Source: an uncultured Nitrospiraceae bacterium
GTDB taxonomy: Bacteria > Nitrospirota > Thermodesulfovibrionia > Thermodesulfovibrionales > SM23-35
DNA length: 64,000 nt
Direction: 5' to 3'
Assembly: GCA_963727775.1 (NCBI GenBank)
Contig: CAVSHB010000001.1
Location: 256,001 to 320,000, forward strand
The position numbers were made by a program, and so were the translations under genes. A model generated the notes under the pieces. It was not told the origin of the DNA. It saw only the letters and a program-made list of their open reading frames with translations, and did no database searches. Positions 11,015 to 21,047 of the stretch are shown one piece after another. Position 1 is the stretch's first letter. The number at the start of each line of letters is the position of its first letter.

Positions 11015-11989
11015 TTAAACTTTCAGCTTTATTGCCAGTTTTATCGCCTCGATCATACTCGACGGATCAGCAATCCCCTTCCATGCTATATCATACGCCG
11101 TTCCGTGGTCCGGCGATGTGCGGACAAAAGGCAGGCCTATTGTGACATTTACACCCCTATCGAATGCGACCATCTTTAAAGGGATTAACCCCTGGTCATG
11201 GTACATACAAACAATAAGGTCTACTTCTCCCTTATATGCCTTATGGAAAATGGTATCGGGCGGGTAAGGCCCGGATACTGGGATGCCTTCTTTTCTCGCC
11301 TTTGCCATTGCAGGGACAATCTTTTTCTTCTCTTCATCGCCGAAAATACCGGCCTCTCCCGCATGAGGATTCAGACCTGCAACGGCGATTCTCGGGTTCC
11401 TGATCTTAAGCATATCACAGGCCTTTTTTGCGAGACGAATGGTCTTGAGCACCTTTTGCATAGTAATCAAATCAGGCACATTCCTTAAAGCTGTGTGGAT
11501 TGTGACGAGAATAACCTTCAATGGACCGCCGGCAAGCATCATTGCATAGTCCTTTGTTCCGGTTAAATCAGCGAGCATTTCCGTATGCCCCGGCCATTTA
11601 ACACCGGCCATCTTCAGAGCTTCTTTTGATATAGGGGCCGTAACAATACCGTCTACCTGCCTGTTTAAAGCAAGCTCAACAGCCTTTTTTATGTAACTCG
11701 TACAGGCACTGCCGCCCTCAACCGTAGGCCTGTTTTTTGGGAACCCTTTTATCATCCCCATATCGATAAGATCAATAGAATTTCCTGCAGGCCTGGATTC
11801 TTTAAGCGATTTGATTATCCTTAGTTTCATAGGGCTTTTAAGAAGTTCTATTGCTTTTCCCATGACCAAAGCATCGCCGATAACAATCGGAGAACAATGT
11901 TGTCTGATTTCAGAAGAAACAAGCGCCTTAACAATTACTTCAGGCCCTACCCCTCCCGGGTCCCCCATTGTGATGGCGAGTTTTTTCAT
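11015..11989 (-). CDS. pdxA: 4-hydroxythreonine-4-phosphate dehydrogenase
   Basis: ITMGDPGGVGPE, PGHTE, GLNPHAGE, MYHDQG and RTSPDHGTA motifs. The likely start is MKKLAIT. Confidence 0.95.
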   Translation of the reverse strand: MKKLAITMGDPGGVGPEVIVKALVSSEIRQHCSPIVIGDALVMGKAIELLKSPMKLRIIKSLKESRPAGNSIDLIDMGMIKGFPKNRPTVEGGSACTSYIKKAVELALNRQVDGIVTAPISKEALKMAGVKWPGHTEMLADLTGTKDYAMMLAGGPLKVILVTIHTALRNVPDLITMQKVLKTIRLAKKACDMLKIRNPRIAVAGLNPHAGEAGIFGDEEKKKIVPAMAKARKEGIPVSGPYPPDTIFHKAYKGEVDLIVCMYHDQGLIPLKMVAFDRGVNVTIGLPFVRTSPDHGTAYDIAWKGIADPSSMIEAIKLAIKLKV

Positions 11990-12093
11990 CTCATATTTAT
12001 TCCCTTTTATTGACTGAGATACTCCAACGGCAAACTTGTCTTTAATAGAGAATCTTTCCATTTCTTATTCGATTTATTTGTCATTTTATTATT

Positions 12094-12182
12094 TTCTAAC
12101 GTTCGGTTAACCAGCGCGGGTCATAACCTTTGCCAAAATCAAAGCAAGCTTAATCCGCGTCAGGGTTGAGCCGATTTATGCC
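12094..12182 (+). other. attC-like integron recombination site
   Basis: R'' TTCTAAC, L-box pairing TCGGTTAACC/GGTTGAGCCGA with a bulge, inner CGCGG/CCGCG stem. R' reads TTATGCC and lacks the canonical G. Confidence 0.7.
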
Positions 12183-12487
12183 CGCCTTCTCATTTTCTGA
12201 TGCCGTGCAATATCCAGTATCGCCTCAGGATGTGTTGCGGCAACTCTCAATAAAACACGAGCTGCTCCTTCAGGCTTCCGCCGTCCCTGCTCCCAGTTGC
12301 GTAAGGTGGCTACGCTGATCCCAATAAGAGATGCAAATTTGTCCTGGGAAAGGCCATACTGCTTCCGTATCTTCTGAACTTCGGATTCAGGAAACTCAAC
12401 ACTGCGCAAAGGTTTCATTCTGCCTTTCATTATGGCAGCACCTTGCTTAACGCTTTCCAGCAATTCTTCAAATAATTCCTTTTTCAT
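12176..12487 (-). CDS. HigA/NadS-like HTH (Xre) antitoxin
   Basis: LFEELLESVKQ N-terminus and LSQDKFASLIGISVATLRNWEQGRRKPEG HTH. Overlaps the toxin stop. Confidence 0.92.
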   Translation of the reverse strand: MKKELFEELLESVKQGAAIMKGRMKPLRSVEFPESEVQKIRKQYGLSQDKFASLIGISVATLRNWEQGRRKPEGAARVLLRVAATHPEAILDIARHQKMRRRA

Positions 12488-12891
12488 GTAAACTCCTTTT
12501 CAACAATCTTTTTCAATTGTTTGAGTTGTTCCGGCCTTAAATCATCCTGCTCACTCTTTGGATAGGCATAAAGAAGAAGAATGATGTCCTGAGACACGAA
12601 CCAATAATAAATACTTCTGATACCGCCTCTCTTTCCATGGCCTCCCGCGGACCAGCGGAGTTTTCTTAGGCCACCACTCCCGGGTATTATTTTGCCAACA
12701 TCGGGTCTATTGACCAAATGAGTCTGTAAAAGTCGATATTCATCATCAGTTATTAAACATGGCGACATAATTTTTGCCGCATAATTACAATGCAACCCTA
12801 TAATTCATGCCACTTCATGCGACAATTGTTATGACGGTATGTTTAATTCATGAATTCGCTTTGTGAATATCGGGGTCTCGATAATGACCAT
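12484..12891 (-). pseudogene. HigB/RelE-family toxin disrupted by an 86-bp MITE
   Basis: MVIIETPIFTKRIHEL (ATG 12891) joins ITDDEYRLLQ...GSGGLRKLRW...GKRGGIR after removal of 90 nt. The insert carries an in-frame stop. Confidence 0.88.
12757..12842. mobile_element. Miniature inverted-repeat element
   Basis: 26-bp imperfect IRs (19/26) flanked by a TTAA duplication (12753-12756, 12843-12846). Confidence 0.85.
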
Positions 12892-13315
12892 GGTTTATTA
12901 TACGTCAATGGCTTAGATAAGACAAATGTGATAAATTTATATTTATTTCTTGGCATAACGTGAAGCTCACTGGAGGGGCTGGTAGATTTGTTTTGGAGGT
13001 GAGCAGCCAGTAGGAGGGTACTGGCTGCTAAAAAGAATAAAAGTTATTTTTCTTGTTTTTAGAATACAGAAAAAATATGAAGAAATTGCGAAGGAAATAT
13101 GAAAACATTATGAAGGTTAAATATCAAACCCTATCGGGGGTACGACATGAAAGGGCGACTACCTGTAGCAAGCCTTTAGTCAGACTCCCGGCTGTGCATT
13201 TCCGTTTTCCATTTTTCACACCTTGCACGGTGTACTAATCAGGATGTCAAAGCAACAATCGTTACCGATATTTGATATAATTTTGTGTACATTTGATATT
13301 GGTTTGTAAAAGGAG

Positions 13316-14428
13316 TTGCGCATGATTATAGGTGTTCCGAAAGAAATTAAGAAAAGCGAGTTCAGGGTTGGGATGACGCCTTACGGCGTTGAGGAACTTA
13401 AGGCCGGCGGTCACATAATCCTTATTGAGACAGGCGCTGGAGCGGGCAGTGATTTTTCGGATGATGAATATCTGCAGGCAGGCGCTGAGATCGTCGGCAG
13501 AGACACTTTATTTAATAGAGCCGACCTCATCGTGAAAGTAAAGGAACCTGTTTCGTCCGAATACAATCTTTTCAGGGAAAGGCAGGCGATATTTACCTTT
13601 CTTCATCTTGCTGCAAACCGGGAGCTTATTGATCTGTTCCTCACTAAAAAGATTGCCGGCCTTGGCTATGAGACATTGCAGAAGGATGGGTCCCTGCCGC
13701 TCCTCTCACCCATGAGCGAGATCGCGGGAAGGATGGCGCCTATCATGGGGGCTTACTTTCTCCAGAAGGTCCATGGCGGCAGGGGGATTTTGCCCACAGG
13801 GGTAATGGGCGTTGAACCCGCAAAGGCGCTGGTCCTCGGCGCCGGTATCGTCGGCACTAACGCAGCCCGTGATTGTGTCGGCCTCGGGATGGACACCGTT
13901 GTCATGGATATAAGAATGGAGAGATTGCAGAAGATAGACGAGATGTTCATGGGAAGGGTAAAGACACTGCCGGTCACCGTACACAATATAAAGGAAGAGA
14001 TAAAGGATGCGGATATTATAATCGGCGCTGTCCTCATCCCGGGCGGGAAAACACCGGTTTTGATTAAACGGGACATGCTCAAGACCATGAAAAAAGGCTC
14101 TGTTATTATCGACGTGTCGGTGGACCAGGGAGGATGTTTCGAGACATCTAAGCCGACCACGCACGATGCGCCGATCTATGAAGTCGAAGGGATAATTCAT
14201 TACACCGTCGCAAATATGCCCGGTGCGTATCCGAAGACCTCAACCATAGCCCTGACGAATGTGACCCTTCCCTATATTAAGATACTGGCCGATAATGGCA
14301 TTGAAAAAGCGATAAGGGAAGACGCCGCAATAAAAAGTGCCCTTAATACTTACAAAGGTTTTATTGTCCACAGGATGCTCGCGGATTCCATGGGGTATAC
14401 TTTTAAGAATATTGATGAACTGTTTTAG
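13316..14428 (+). CDS. ald: Alanine dehydrogenase
   Basis: IGVPKEIK, VKVKEP, FLHLAA, PMSEIAGR, GAGIVG, DQGGC and VANMPG motifs. Confidence 0.95.
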   Translation: MRMIIGVPKEIKKSEFRVGMTPYGVEELKAGGHIILIETGAGAGSDFSDDEYLQAGAEIVGRDTLFNRADLIVKVKEPVSSEYNLFRERQAIFTFLHLAANRELIDLFLTKKIAGLGYETLQKDGSLPLLSPMSEIAGRMAPIMGAYFLQKVHGGRGILPTGVMGVEPAKALVLGAGIVGTNAARDCVGLGMDTVVMDIRMERLQKIDEMFMGRVKTLPVTVHNIKEEIKDADIIIGAVLIPGGKTPVLIKRDMLKTMKKGSVIIDVSVDQGGCFETSKPTTHDAPIYEVEGIIHYTVANMPGAYPKTSTIALTNVTLPYIKILADNGIEKAIREDAAIKSALNTYKGFIVHRMLADSMGYTFKNIDELF

Positions 14429-14529
14429 CCGGCGAACCGATGAATATTCTCAAAGGCCGGTGGCCGGTCCCTGCCTATTCAGTGACACTGATAGAATTGT
14501 CAAGCCAAAGTAAATCTTTCCACAAAGAA

Positions 14530-14568
14530 TTTCATCAAAAATTAACATTCTATTCATAATCCTGTAAC
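14530..14568 (+). promoter_or_regulatory. Putative Pho-box array 1
   Basis: TTTCAT/ATTAAC/ATTCAT/TGTAAC hexamers at 14530, 14541, 14552 and 14563 (11-bp period). Confidence 0.55.
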
Positions 14569-14615
14569 GGGAATAAAGTTTAATTATAAAAAAAGATTTT
14601 TATAAGGAACCAGTT

Positions 14616-14783
14616 ATGAAATGCCCGCACCTTATTAAATGGTTGACCTGCAAAGCTCAGGATAAGATATATTCCCCGAGTTCTTTCCAGCTCCAGGAAT
14701 ACTGCAAGAGGAAAGGCCATAAAAAATGTCCTTTTTACTCAAAGGGGGTGCAGATATGTAACGAAACTTTAACGGAATTGTAA
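14616..14783 (+). CDS. 55-aa Cys-rich small protein, not in the ORF track
   Basis: MKCPHLIKWLTCKAQDKIYSPSSFQLQEYCKRKGHKKCPFY... with an AAGGA RBS. Lies directly upstream of pstS. Confidence 0.7.
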   Translation: MKCPHLIKWLTCKAQDKIYSPSSFQLQEYCKRKGHKKCPFYSKGVQICNETLTEL

Positions 14784-14795
14784 CATGCTTGTAAT
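14757..14795 (+). promoter_or_regulatory. Putative Pho-box array 2
   Basis: TGTAAC/TTTAAC/TGTAAC/TGTAAT at 14757, 14768, 14779 and 14790 (11-bp period), upstream of pstS. Confidence 0.7.
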
Positions 14796-14834
14796 AATTA
14801 AAATATATTATAAACTATTTAAAAGGGAGGAACT

Positions 14835-15842
14835 GTGAAAACAATAATGAAACTGGCACTGGCAATGGTCTTGCTTCTGTCATTCACAAACGTTGAGGCC
14901 GCTGAAACCCTGAACGGCGCAGGAGCGACGTTCCCATATCCCGTCTACTCCGCTTGGGCGTATGACTATAACAAAATCACAGGGGTAAAGCTCAATTATC
15001 AGTCCATCGGTTCAGGGGGAGGCATTAGACAGATCACCGAAAGGACAGTTGACTTTGGTGCTTCTGACGCACCGCTTAAAACTGAGCAGCTCCAGAAAGA
15101 CAAATTGCTGCAGTTTCCCGCCGTCATCGGAGGGGTTGTCCCGGTCGTGAATATTTCAGGAGTAAAAGCAGGGGAGCTGAAACTTGATTCCGAGGCCTTA
15201 TGCAAAATATACCTTGGAGATATCAAAAACTGGGATGACAAAAAGATCAAGACACTTAATCCGAAGATGAGTCTGCCTCACAGCGAAATTACCGTTGTCC
15301 ACAGGTCGGATGGATCGGGGACAACCGCAATATTCACGGAATACCTCAGTGGCATATGCCCTGACTGGAAGGCGAAGGTAGGTTCCGGCACCTCTGTAAA
15401 GTGGCCTGTAGGCATCGGCGGCAAAGGCAATGAAGGAGTAGCAAATTATACTCAAAGGACAGCGTCCTCTATCGGCTATGTCGAATTTGCCTATGCAAAA
15501 CAGAACAAACTGTCTCATGTATCACTGAAGAACCATGCGGGGAATTTTATTGAGCCGAGCTTTGAAAGCTTTGAGGACGCGGCTGAGACCGGTGATTTCA
15601 ATCCAAAGAAAGATTTCTACCTGTGGCTTACTGACGCGCCGGGTAAAGGTTCATGGCCGATAGCAGGAGCAACCTTCATACTCCTCGCAAAAGAAAAGAC
15701 CGGTTCAAATAAAAATGTCATCACATTTTTTGACTGGGCCTTTAAAAACGGAGACAATAAGGCTAAAGAGCTTGTTTATGTCCCCCTGCCGAAATCCTTA
15801 AAGGAAAAGATCAGGACTTACTGGAAGACAAACGGTCTATAA
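14835..15842 (+). CDS. pstS: Phosphate ABC transporter substrate-binding protein
   Basis: Signal peptide, GAGATFPYP, YQSIGSGGG, DFGASD and HRSDGSGTT. Confidence 0.97.
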   Translation: MKTIMKLALAMVLLLSFTNVEAAETLNGAGATFPYPVYSAWAYDYNKITGVKLNYQSIGSGGGIRQITERTVDFGASDAPLKTEQLQKDKLLQFPAVIGGVVPVVNISGVKAGELKLDSEALCKIYLGDIKNWDDKKIKTLNPKMSLPHSEITVVHRSDGSGTTAIFTEYLSGICPDWKAKVGSGTSVKWPVGIGGKGNEGVANYTQRTASSIGYVEFAYAKQNKLSHVSLKNHAGNFIEPSFESFEDAAETGDFNPKKDFYLWLTDAPGKGSWPIAGATFILLAKEKTGSNKNVITFFDWAFKNGDNKAKELVYVPLPKSLKEKIRTYWKTNGL

Positions 15843-15867
15843 AACGAACTCACATAACTCCCCCCCG

Positions 15868-15943
15868 CCCCCTCTTAGCTTAAGAGGGGGTTTGGGGGCG
15901 TTACCTGAATTTCAATGTCACTATACTTATGAACTCCTTACTA
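15868..15943. repeat. REP-like hairpin plus one MITE-type end
   Basis: CCCCCTCTTA-GCT-TAAGAGGGGG stem (15868-15890). 15924-15943 matches the reverse complement of the 38173 MITE end at 18/20. Confidence 0.6.
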
Positions 15944-15970
15944 ATAACAATGGACAAGGGATAATGCAAA

Positions 15971-16912
15971 ATGGCTACAACAACCAGGAAGAACTCCTTT
16001 GATCTGATCTTTTCGTCTATTACAGCCGTTTCTTCATTCCTGGTTATTTTCTTTATAATCGGAATTGTTTATGTGCTCATTTCAGAATCTTTGCCGGCAA
16101 TAAACAAATTCGGAGTCATAAAATTTCTTGCTTCAACAGACTGGGACCCGGTAAAAGAATCTTTTGGCGCGTGGACCAATATTTACGGTACCATAATTAC
16201 AACGTTTCTCTCGCTGGTCATGGCAATACCTGTTGCTATCGGCATTGCGATCTTTGTTACTGAGATCTCCCCCAATTTCCTGAAAGGACCCATCGGGATG
16301 GCCATCGAACTTCTGGCTGCCATACCGAGCATCATTTACGGCATGTGGGGACTTTTCACTTTGTCCCCTATTATGAGCAACTATGTAGAGCCGTTTCTGA
16401 AAAAGGTCACCGCCGGCATACCTTTGATCGAGACCCTTTTCCGGGGTACGCCCATGGGAATTGATATCCTGACCGCAAGCATAATACTAAGCATCATGAT
16501 AATTCCATTTACCGCAAGCATATCAAGGGACTCTTTTAATCTCACGCCCTCGGTGGTAAAGGAATCCGCCTATGCCCTTGGAGCAACAAAGTGGGAGGTC
16601 GTCAAGGATGTGGTAATGCCCTATTCGAAGCTGGGCGTTTTTGGAGGGATAGTCCTCTCCCTCGGCAGGGCCCTCGGCGAGACTATGGCAGTTGCTTTTG
16701 TGCTCGGTAACAACCACAGGATAACCACATCCCTCCTCGATGCCGCCGCAACTATTACCGTAACGTTGGCAAATGAATTCACGGAAGCGGACAAGGACAT
16801 TTACTTATCTTCGCTTTTTTATCTCGCTCTCGTGCTCTTTGTGATGAGTTTCATTATCCTTGCCATAGCGAAATTTTTCCTTCTGAAAGCTGAGAGGAAG
16901 TATTCACGATGA
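15971..16912 (+). CDS. pstC: Phosphate ABC permease
   Basis: ELLAAIPSIIYG and GRALGETMAV motifs. Confidence 0.96.
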   Translation: MATTTRKNSFDLIFSSITAVSSFLVIFFIIGIVYVLISESLPAINKFGVIKFLASTDWDPVKESFGAWTNIYGTIITTFLSLVMAIPVAIGIAIFVTEISPNFLKGPIGMAIELLAAIPSIIYGMWGLFTLSPIMSNYVEPFLKKVTAGIPLIETLFRGTPMGIDILTASIILSIMIIPFTASISRDSFNLTPSVVKESAYALGATKWEVVKDVVMPYSKLGVFGGIVLSLGRALGETMAVAFVLGNNHRITTSLLDAAATITVTLANEFTEADKDIYLSSLFYLALVLFVMSFIILAIAKFFLLKAERKYSR

Positions 16913-17748
16913 CCATAGAGCAAAGGAGAAAAACCGAGGCGAGTATCGCCCTAACGCTCAGCACGTTGGCCGCGTTCCTGGGTCTTTTCTGGCTCGTATT
17001 CATCCTCGGTGATGTGCTTGTGCATGGCATAAAGGCGCTGAATCTCAGTCTGTTCATAAATGACCCGACTCCCCCGGGGGTAGAGGGAGGGGGGCTCAGA
17101 AACGCCTTTACAGGGCAGCTGATTATAACGTTATGCGCCACCTTAATCGGGGTTCCTGTCGGCGTGCTCGGAGGCACGTTTCTTGCCGAATATGCACGGG
17201 GCAGAAAAATTGCGAGGACTATAAGCATACTCTCCGATATCATGGTAAGCGTTCCTTCGATTGTTATAGGTACTTTTATCTATGCGATACTCGTAAAGCC
17301 TGTCGGCCACTTTAACGGCTGGGCCGGGTCTGTTGCACTCGCGATAATCATGATTCCCGTGGTCCTCAGGACAACGGAAGATATGCTTTCTCTGGTTCCC
17401 TGGACATTGAGGGAGGCTGCATTTGCCCTCGGCGCACCATATTATAAGGTTATAATACAGGTGGTTTACCGCGGGGCGGCAACGGGTATTCTGACAGGTA
17501 TTCTCCTCTCTATCGCGAGAGTGGCCGGAGAGACGGCGCCGCTGCTGTTTACCGCTTTTAATAACTCTTTTTTCACGCTGGACATGAAACAACCCGTTGC
17601 GTCCTTGACCGTGACCATATTTCAGTATGCCATGGGCCCTTACGAAAACTGGCACGCCCAGGCATGGGCAGCGGCATTTGTTATTACGATATTCATACTT
17701 ATTGTTACAATACTCGGAAGGCTCATTATAAAGTGGAGGTACAGATAG
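16909..17748 (+). CDS. pstA: Phosphate ABC permease
   Basis: [14 protein letters not shown] and [13 protein letters not shown] motifs. Confidence 0.96.
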   Translation: MTIEQRRKTEASIALTLSTLAAFLGLFWLVFILGDVLVHGIKALNLSLFINDPTPPGVEGGGLRNAFTGQLIITLCATLIGVPVGVLGGTFLAEYARGRKIARTISILSDIMVSVPSIVIGTFIYAILVKPVGHFNGWAGSVALAIIMIPVVLRTTEDMLSLVPWTLREAAFALGAPYYKVIIQVVYRGAATGILTGILLSIARVAGETAPLLFTAFNNSFFTLDMKQPVASLTVTIFQYAMGPYENWHAQAWAAAFVITIFILIVTILGRLIIKWRYR

Positions 17749-18512
17749 TGCCCGGAACAGTTGAGATAGAAGTAAAAGACCTGGACTTTTATTATTCGGG
17801 GGAAATCCCCGCCCTTAAGAAAATAAATCTTTCAGTATACAAAAATGCCGTTACCGCACTAATAGGTCCTTCAGGCTGCGGGAAGACGACTTTGCTCCGG
17901 TGTTTCAACCGGCTGCATGACCTTTATCCGAAGAACAGGTACGAAGGCCAGATACTTTTTCAGGACGAGAACATCCTCTCAAATGGGACGGATCTCATCA
18001 ACCTGAGGAGCCGCATAGGAATGGTCTTTCAAAAGCCGACACCATTCCCCATGAGCATATTCGACAATATTGCATATGGGCTTAAACTGAAAGGGATTAA
18101 AAAAAGAGCTGACCTTTCGGAGAAGGTCGAAAAAGCCCTCAGGCACGCGGCCCTATGGGACGAGGTGAAGGACAAACTCAATAACAGCGCCTATGACCTT
18201 TCCGGAGGACAACAGCAGAGACTTGTTATTGCAAGGGCTTTGGCCGTAAACCCCGAAGTGCTGCTCTTTGATGAGCCGACATCCGCACTTGATCCGATAT
18301 CCGCTGCAAAGATAGAAGAACTTACGGAAACGCTTAAAAAAGAGATTACGATTATAATAGTAACGCACAATATGCAGCAGGCTGCGCGCATATCGAATTT
18401 TACGGCTTTGATGTATTTGGGAGAGTTGATTGAGTTCGGGGACACGGATACAATATTTGTAAATCCGCAGAATAAACTTACGGAAGAATATATCACAGGG
18501 AGATTCGGCTAA
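17748..18512 (+). CDS. pstB: Phosphate ABC ATPase
   Basis: [27 protein letters not shown] and VTHNMQQA. Likely GTG start coupled to the pstA stop. Confidence 0.96.
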   Translation: MPGTVEIEVKDLDFYYSGEIPALKKINLSVYKNAVTALIGPSGCGKTTLLRCFNRLHDLYPKNRYEGQILFQDENILSNGTDLINLRSRIGMVFQKPTPFPMSIFDNIAYGLKLKGIKKRADLSEKVEKALRHAALWDEVKDKLNNSAYDLSGGQQQRLVIARALAVNPEVLLFDEPTSALDPISAAKIEELTETLKKEITIIIVTHNMQQAARISNFTALMYLGELIEFGDTDTIFVNPQNKLTEEYITGRFG

Positions 18513-19177
18513 TGGCTATTTTTGACGAAGAATTAAAAGAGCTGAGAGAAAAAGTACTGAAGCTCGGCTATATGGTAGAAAGCGCTATCCGTGATTCGGT
18601 AAAGTCATTGATGGACAGGGACAGCGAGCTCGCAAAAGAAGTCATCACGAGAGACCATCTGATAAACGCCCTCGACGTTGGGATTGATGAAGAATGTGTG
18701 AGGCTCATCGCACTCAGACAGCCCATGGCGAGAGACCTGAGGTTTATAACCACTACCATGAAGATAACCACGGACCTCGAAAGGATGGGAGACCTTGCCG
18801 TCAATATTGCGGAGCGGGCGATAGAGCTGAATCAGGAACCGCTGTTAAAGCCCTTCGTGAACATACCGAAGATGGCTGAGATCTCCCAGTCAATGGTAAG
18901 GGACGCCCTTGACGCATTTGTCACAGGCTGTTCCCGCCTGCCCTATGAAGTTATAAAGAGGGATGACGAAGTGGATGAGCTTACCGTACGGAACTTTGAA
19001 GAACTCATGTCTTTCATGGTACGGGACCCGAAGATTATCCCGCTCGCGGTTAAAAGGACTTACATCGCAAAATATCTCGAAAGGATCGCGGACCATGCAA
19101 CCAATATCTCCGAGATGATCATTTATATGTGCAAGGGCAAAATAATCAGGCATACTGAGATCAAGGACCAGGAGTAG
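18512..19177 (+). CDS. phoU: Phosphate signalling complex protein
   Basis: QPMARDLR, DLERMGD and LERIADHATNI motifs. Confidence 0.96.
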   Translation: MAIFDEELKELREKVLKLGYMVESAIRDSVKSLMDRDSELAKEVITRDHLINALDVGIDEECVRLIALRQPMARDLRFITTTMKITTDLERMGDLAVNIAERAIELNQEPLLKPFVNIPKMAEISQSMVRDALDAFVTGCSRLPYEVIKRDDEVDELTVRNFEELMSFMVRDPKIIPLAVKRTYIAKYLERIADHATNISEMIIYMCKGKIIRHTEIKDQE

Positions 19178-19249
19178 GTAATTTTACGATCTGTACGGGC
19201 ACAATCAAAAAATATAATCCCCTTTCGTGTGTGTTATCATAATATTTAA

Positions 19250-20017
19250 ATGCATCCTATACTAATAAGAATAGGTTCGCTGACAATACATACATATGGC
19301 TTTCTTGTGGCCTCGGGGTTTCTGGTCGGCATCTGGCTCGCGGTGCGGCAGGCCAAAAAAGAGGGTATCCCGCCGGACAAGATAATTGATCTCGGGTTCT
19401 ATATACTCCTTGCAGCCATTATCGGATCAAGGCTCCTGTTTATTCTTATTAATTACACCCACTATCTTAGATTCCCTTTGGATATTATTAAGATATGGGA
19501 AGGCGGGCTTGTTTTTTACGGCGGCGTGCTGCTTGCCTTACCCACCGCAGTCTGGTTCGTAATGAAGAACAGGCTTGGCGTCTGGAATACCGCGGATGTT
19601 TTTGCCCCTTCAATCGCGATCGGCCACTCTTTCGGACGGCTTGGGTGCTTTGCCGCCGGGTGCTGCTTCGGCAAGGCATCTGAAGCGCTTCCCTGGGGGA
19701 TTATCTTTACCGACCCTGAATGTCTTGCCCCGACACATATACTTTTGCATCCGACTCAGTTGTATGAATCAGCAGGCGAATTTATGAATTTTCTAATACT
19801 CTTGACCTTAAGAAGCTACAAGTCATTTGACGGCCAGTTAATGATGACATATCTTCTGCTCTATTCAATTCTTAGATTCGTCGTCGAAATTTTCAGAGGG
19901 GATGTGGCAAGAGGCTTTATTTTCTCGACAATCTCGGTATCTCAGGGGATCAGTATTCTCATGTTTCTGGCTGCGATTGTGGGTTTTGTTATTTTAAAGA
20001 AAAAGAAAAAACAATAA
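19250..20017 (+). CDS. lgt: Prolipoprotein diacylglyceryl transferase
   Basis: WEGGLVFYGG, GRLGCF and HPTQLYE motifs. Confidence 0.95.
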   Translation: MHPILIRIGSLTIHTYGFLVASGFLVGIWLAVRQAKKEGIPPDKIIDLGFYILLAAIIGSRLLFILINYTHYLRFPLDIIKIWEGGLVFYGGVLLALPTAVWFVMKNRLGVWNTADVFAPSIAIGHSFGRLGCFAAGCCFGKASEALPWGIIFTDPECLAPTHILLHPTQLYESAGEFMNFLILLTLRSYKSFDGQLMMTYLLLYSILRFVVEIFRGDVARGFIFSTISVSQGISILMFLAAIVGFVILKKKKKQ

Positions 20018-21037
20018 TCACAACGGCAAGTATGCTATTGGATTCAGGTCAAGTCCCGCGAAGTCTACTGCTTTAAAGTGGTGATATCCTGCTGCCCCGA
20101 TCATCGCCGCATTGTCAGTGCACAGGGATATGGATGGCATAAATATTTCCGTTGCCAGCTCCTCGCCCATCTTTATCAACCTCGCCCGCAATTCACTGTT
20201 TGCCGCAACGCCGCCTGACAGAGTGACCCTTTTAACCCCTTCATTTCCTATGGCCCATTCAGTTTTCCTCACAAGGACATCGACGATAGATGCCTGGAAG
20301 GAAGCGGAGATATCTCTGATTAGTCCCGATTCCAGAGGCCTGATTTCGGTCTGCCGGTTCCCGGAACCCGATCTCAAATAATTTAGCACCGCTGTTTTCA
20401 CCCCGCTGAAGCTGAAGTCGAGTGATTCAGGCAGATAGGCCCTCGGAAAGTCGATAGCCTTTGGGTCGCCGTCGTGCGCAAGTTTATCAATTAACGGACC
20501 GCCCGGATATCCGAGGCCGAGGAGTTTTGAAATTTTATCATAAGCCTCGCCTGCGGCATCGTCCCTTGTCCTGCCCAGTTCCACATATTTGCCGAAGGCA
20601 TCGATCCTGTAAAGGGACGTATGCCCCCCTGACACAATAAGCGCAATAAAAGGGAAGGACGGTCTCGGGTCTTCAAGAAACGAAGAGAATATGTGTCCTT
20701 CGAGGTGGTTCACCGCAATGAGCGGAATTCCTTTTGAATAGCACACAGCCTTCGCAAAAGAACAGCCGACGAGCAGCGAACCTATCAGCCCGGGACCGTG
20801 GCAAACGGCGATCCCTGATAAATCTTCGAAGGGAACTCCCGCGGTTGTCAACGCTTCATCAACAACGGGCCAGATCATCTCGATATGCCTGCGAGATGCA
20901 AGCTCCGGAACAATCCCACCGTATTTTTCATGTATCTCCGTCTGACTCGAAATAATATTGGAGATTATATTTGTGCCGTCTTCAACAACCGAGGCTGAAG
21001 TATCGTCGCAGGATGTATCTATTCCAAGGATAAGCAT
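20018..21037 (-). CDS. tsaD: tRNA t6A synthesis protein
   Basis: GIDTSCDDT, GGIVPELASRRH, NHLEGH, VSGGHT and TDNAAMI motifs. Confidence 0.97.
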   Translation of the reverse strand: MLILGIDTSCDDTSASVVEDGTNIISNIISSQTEIHEKYGGIVPELASRRHIEMIWPVVDEALTTAGVPFEDLSGIAVCHGPGLIGSLLVGCSFAKAVCYSKGIPLIAVNHLEGHIFSSFLEDPRPSFPFIALIVSGGHTSLYRIDAFGKYVELGRTRDDAAGEAYDKISKLLGLGYPGGPLIDKLAHDGDPKAIDFPRAYLPESLDFSFSGVKTAVLNYLRSGSGNRQTEIRPLESGLIRDISASFQASIVDVLVRKTEWAIGNEGVKRVTLSGGVAANSELRARLIKMGEELATEIFMPSISLCTDNAAMIGAAGYHHFKAVDFAGLDLNPIAYLPL

Positions 21038-21047
21038 TTCAGAGACA

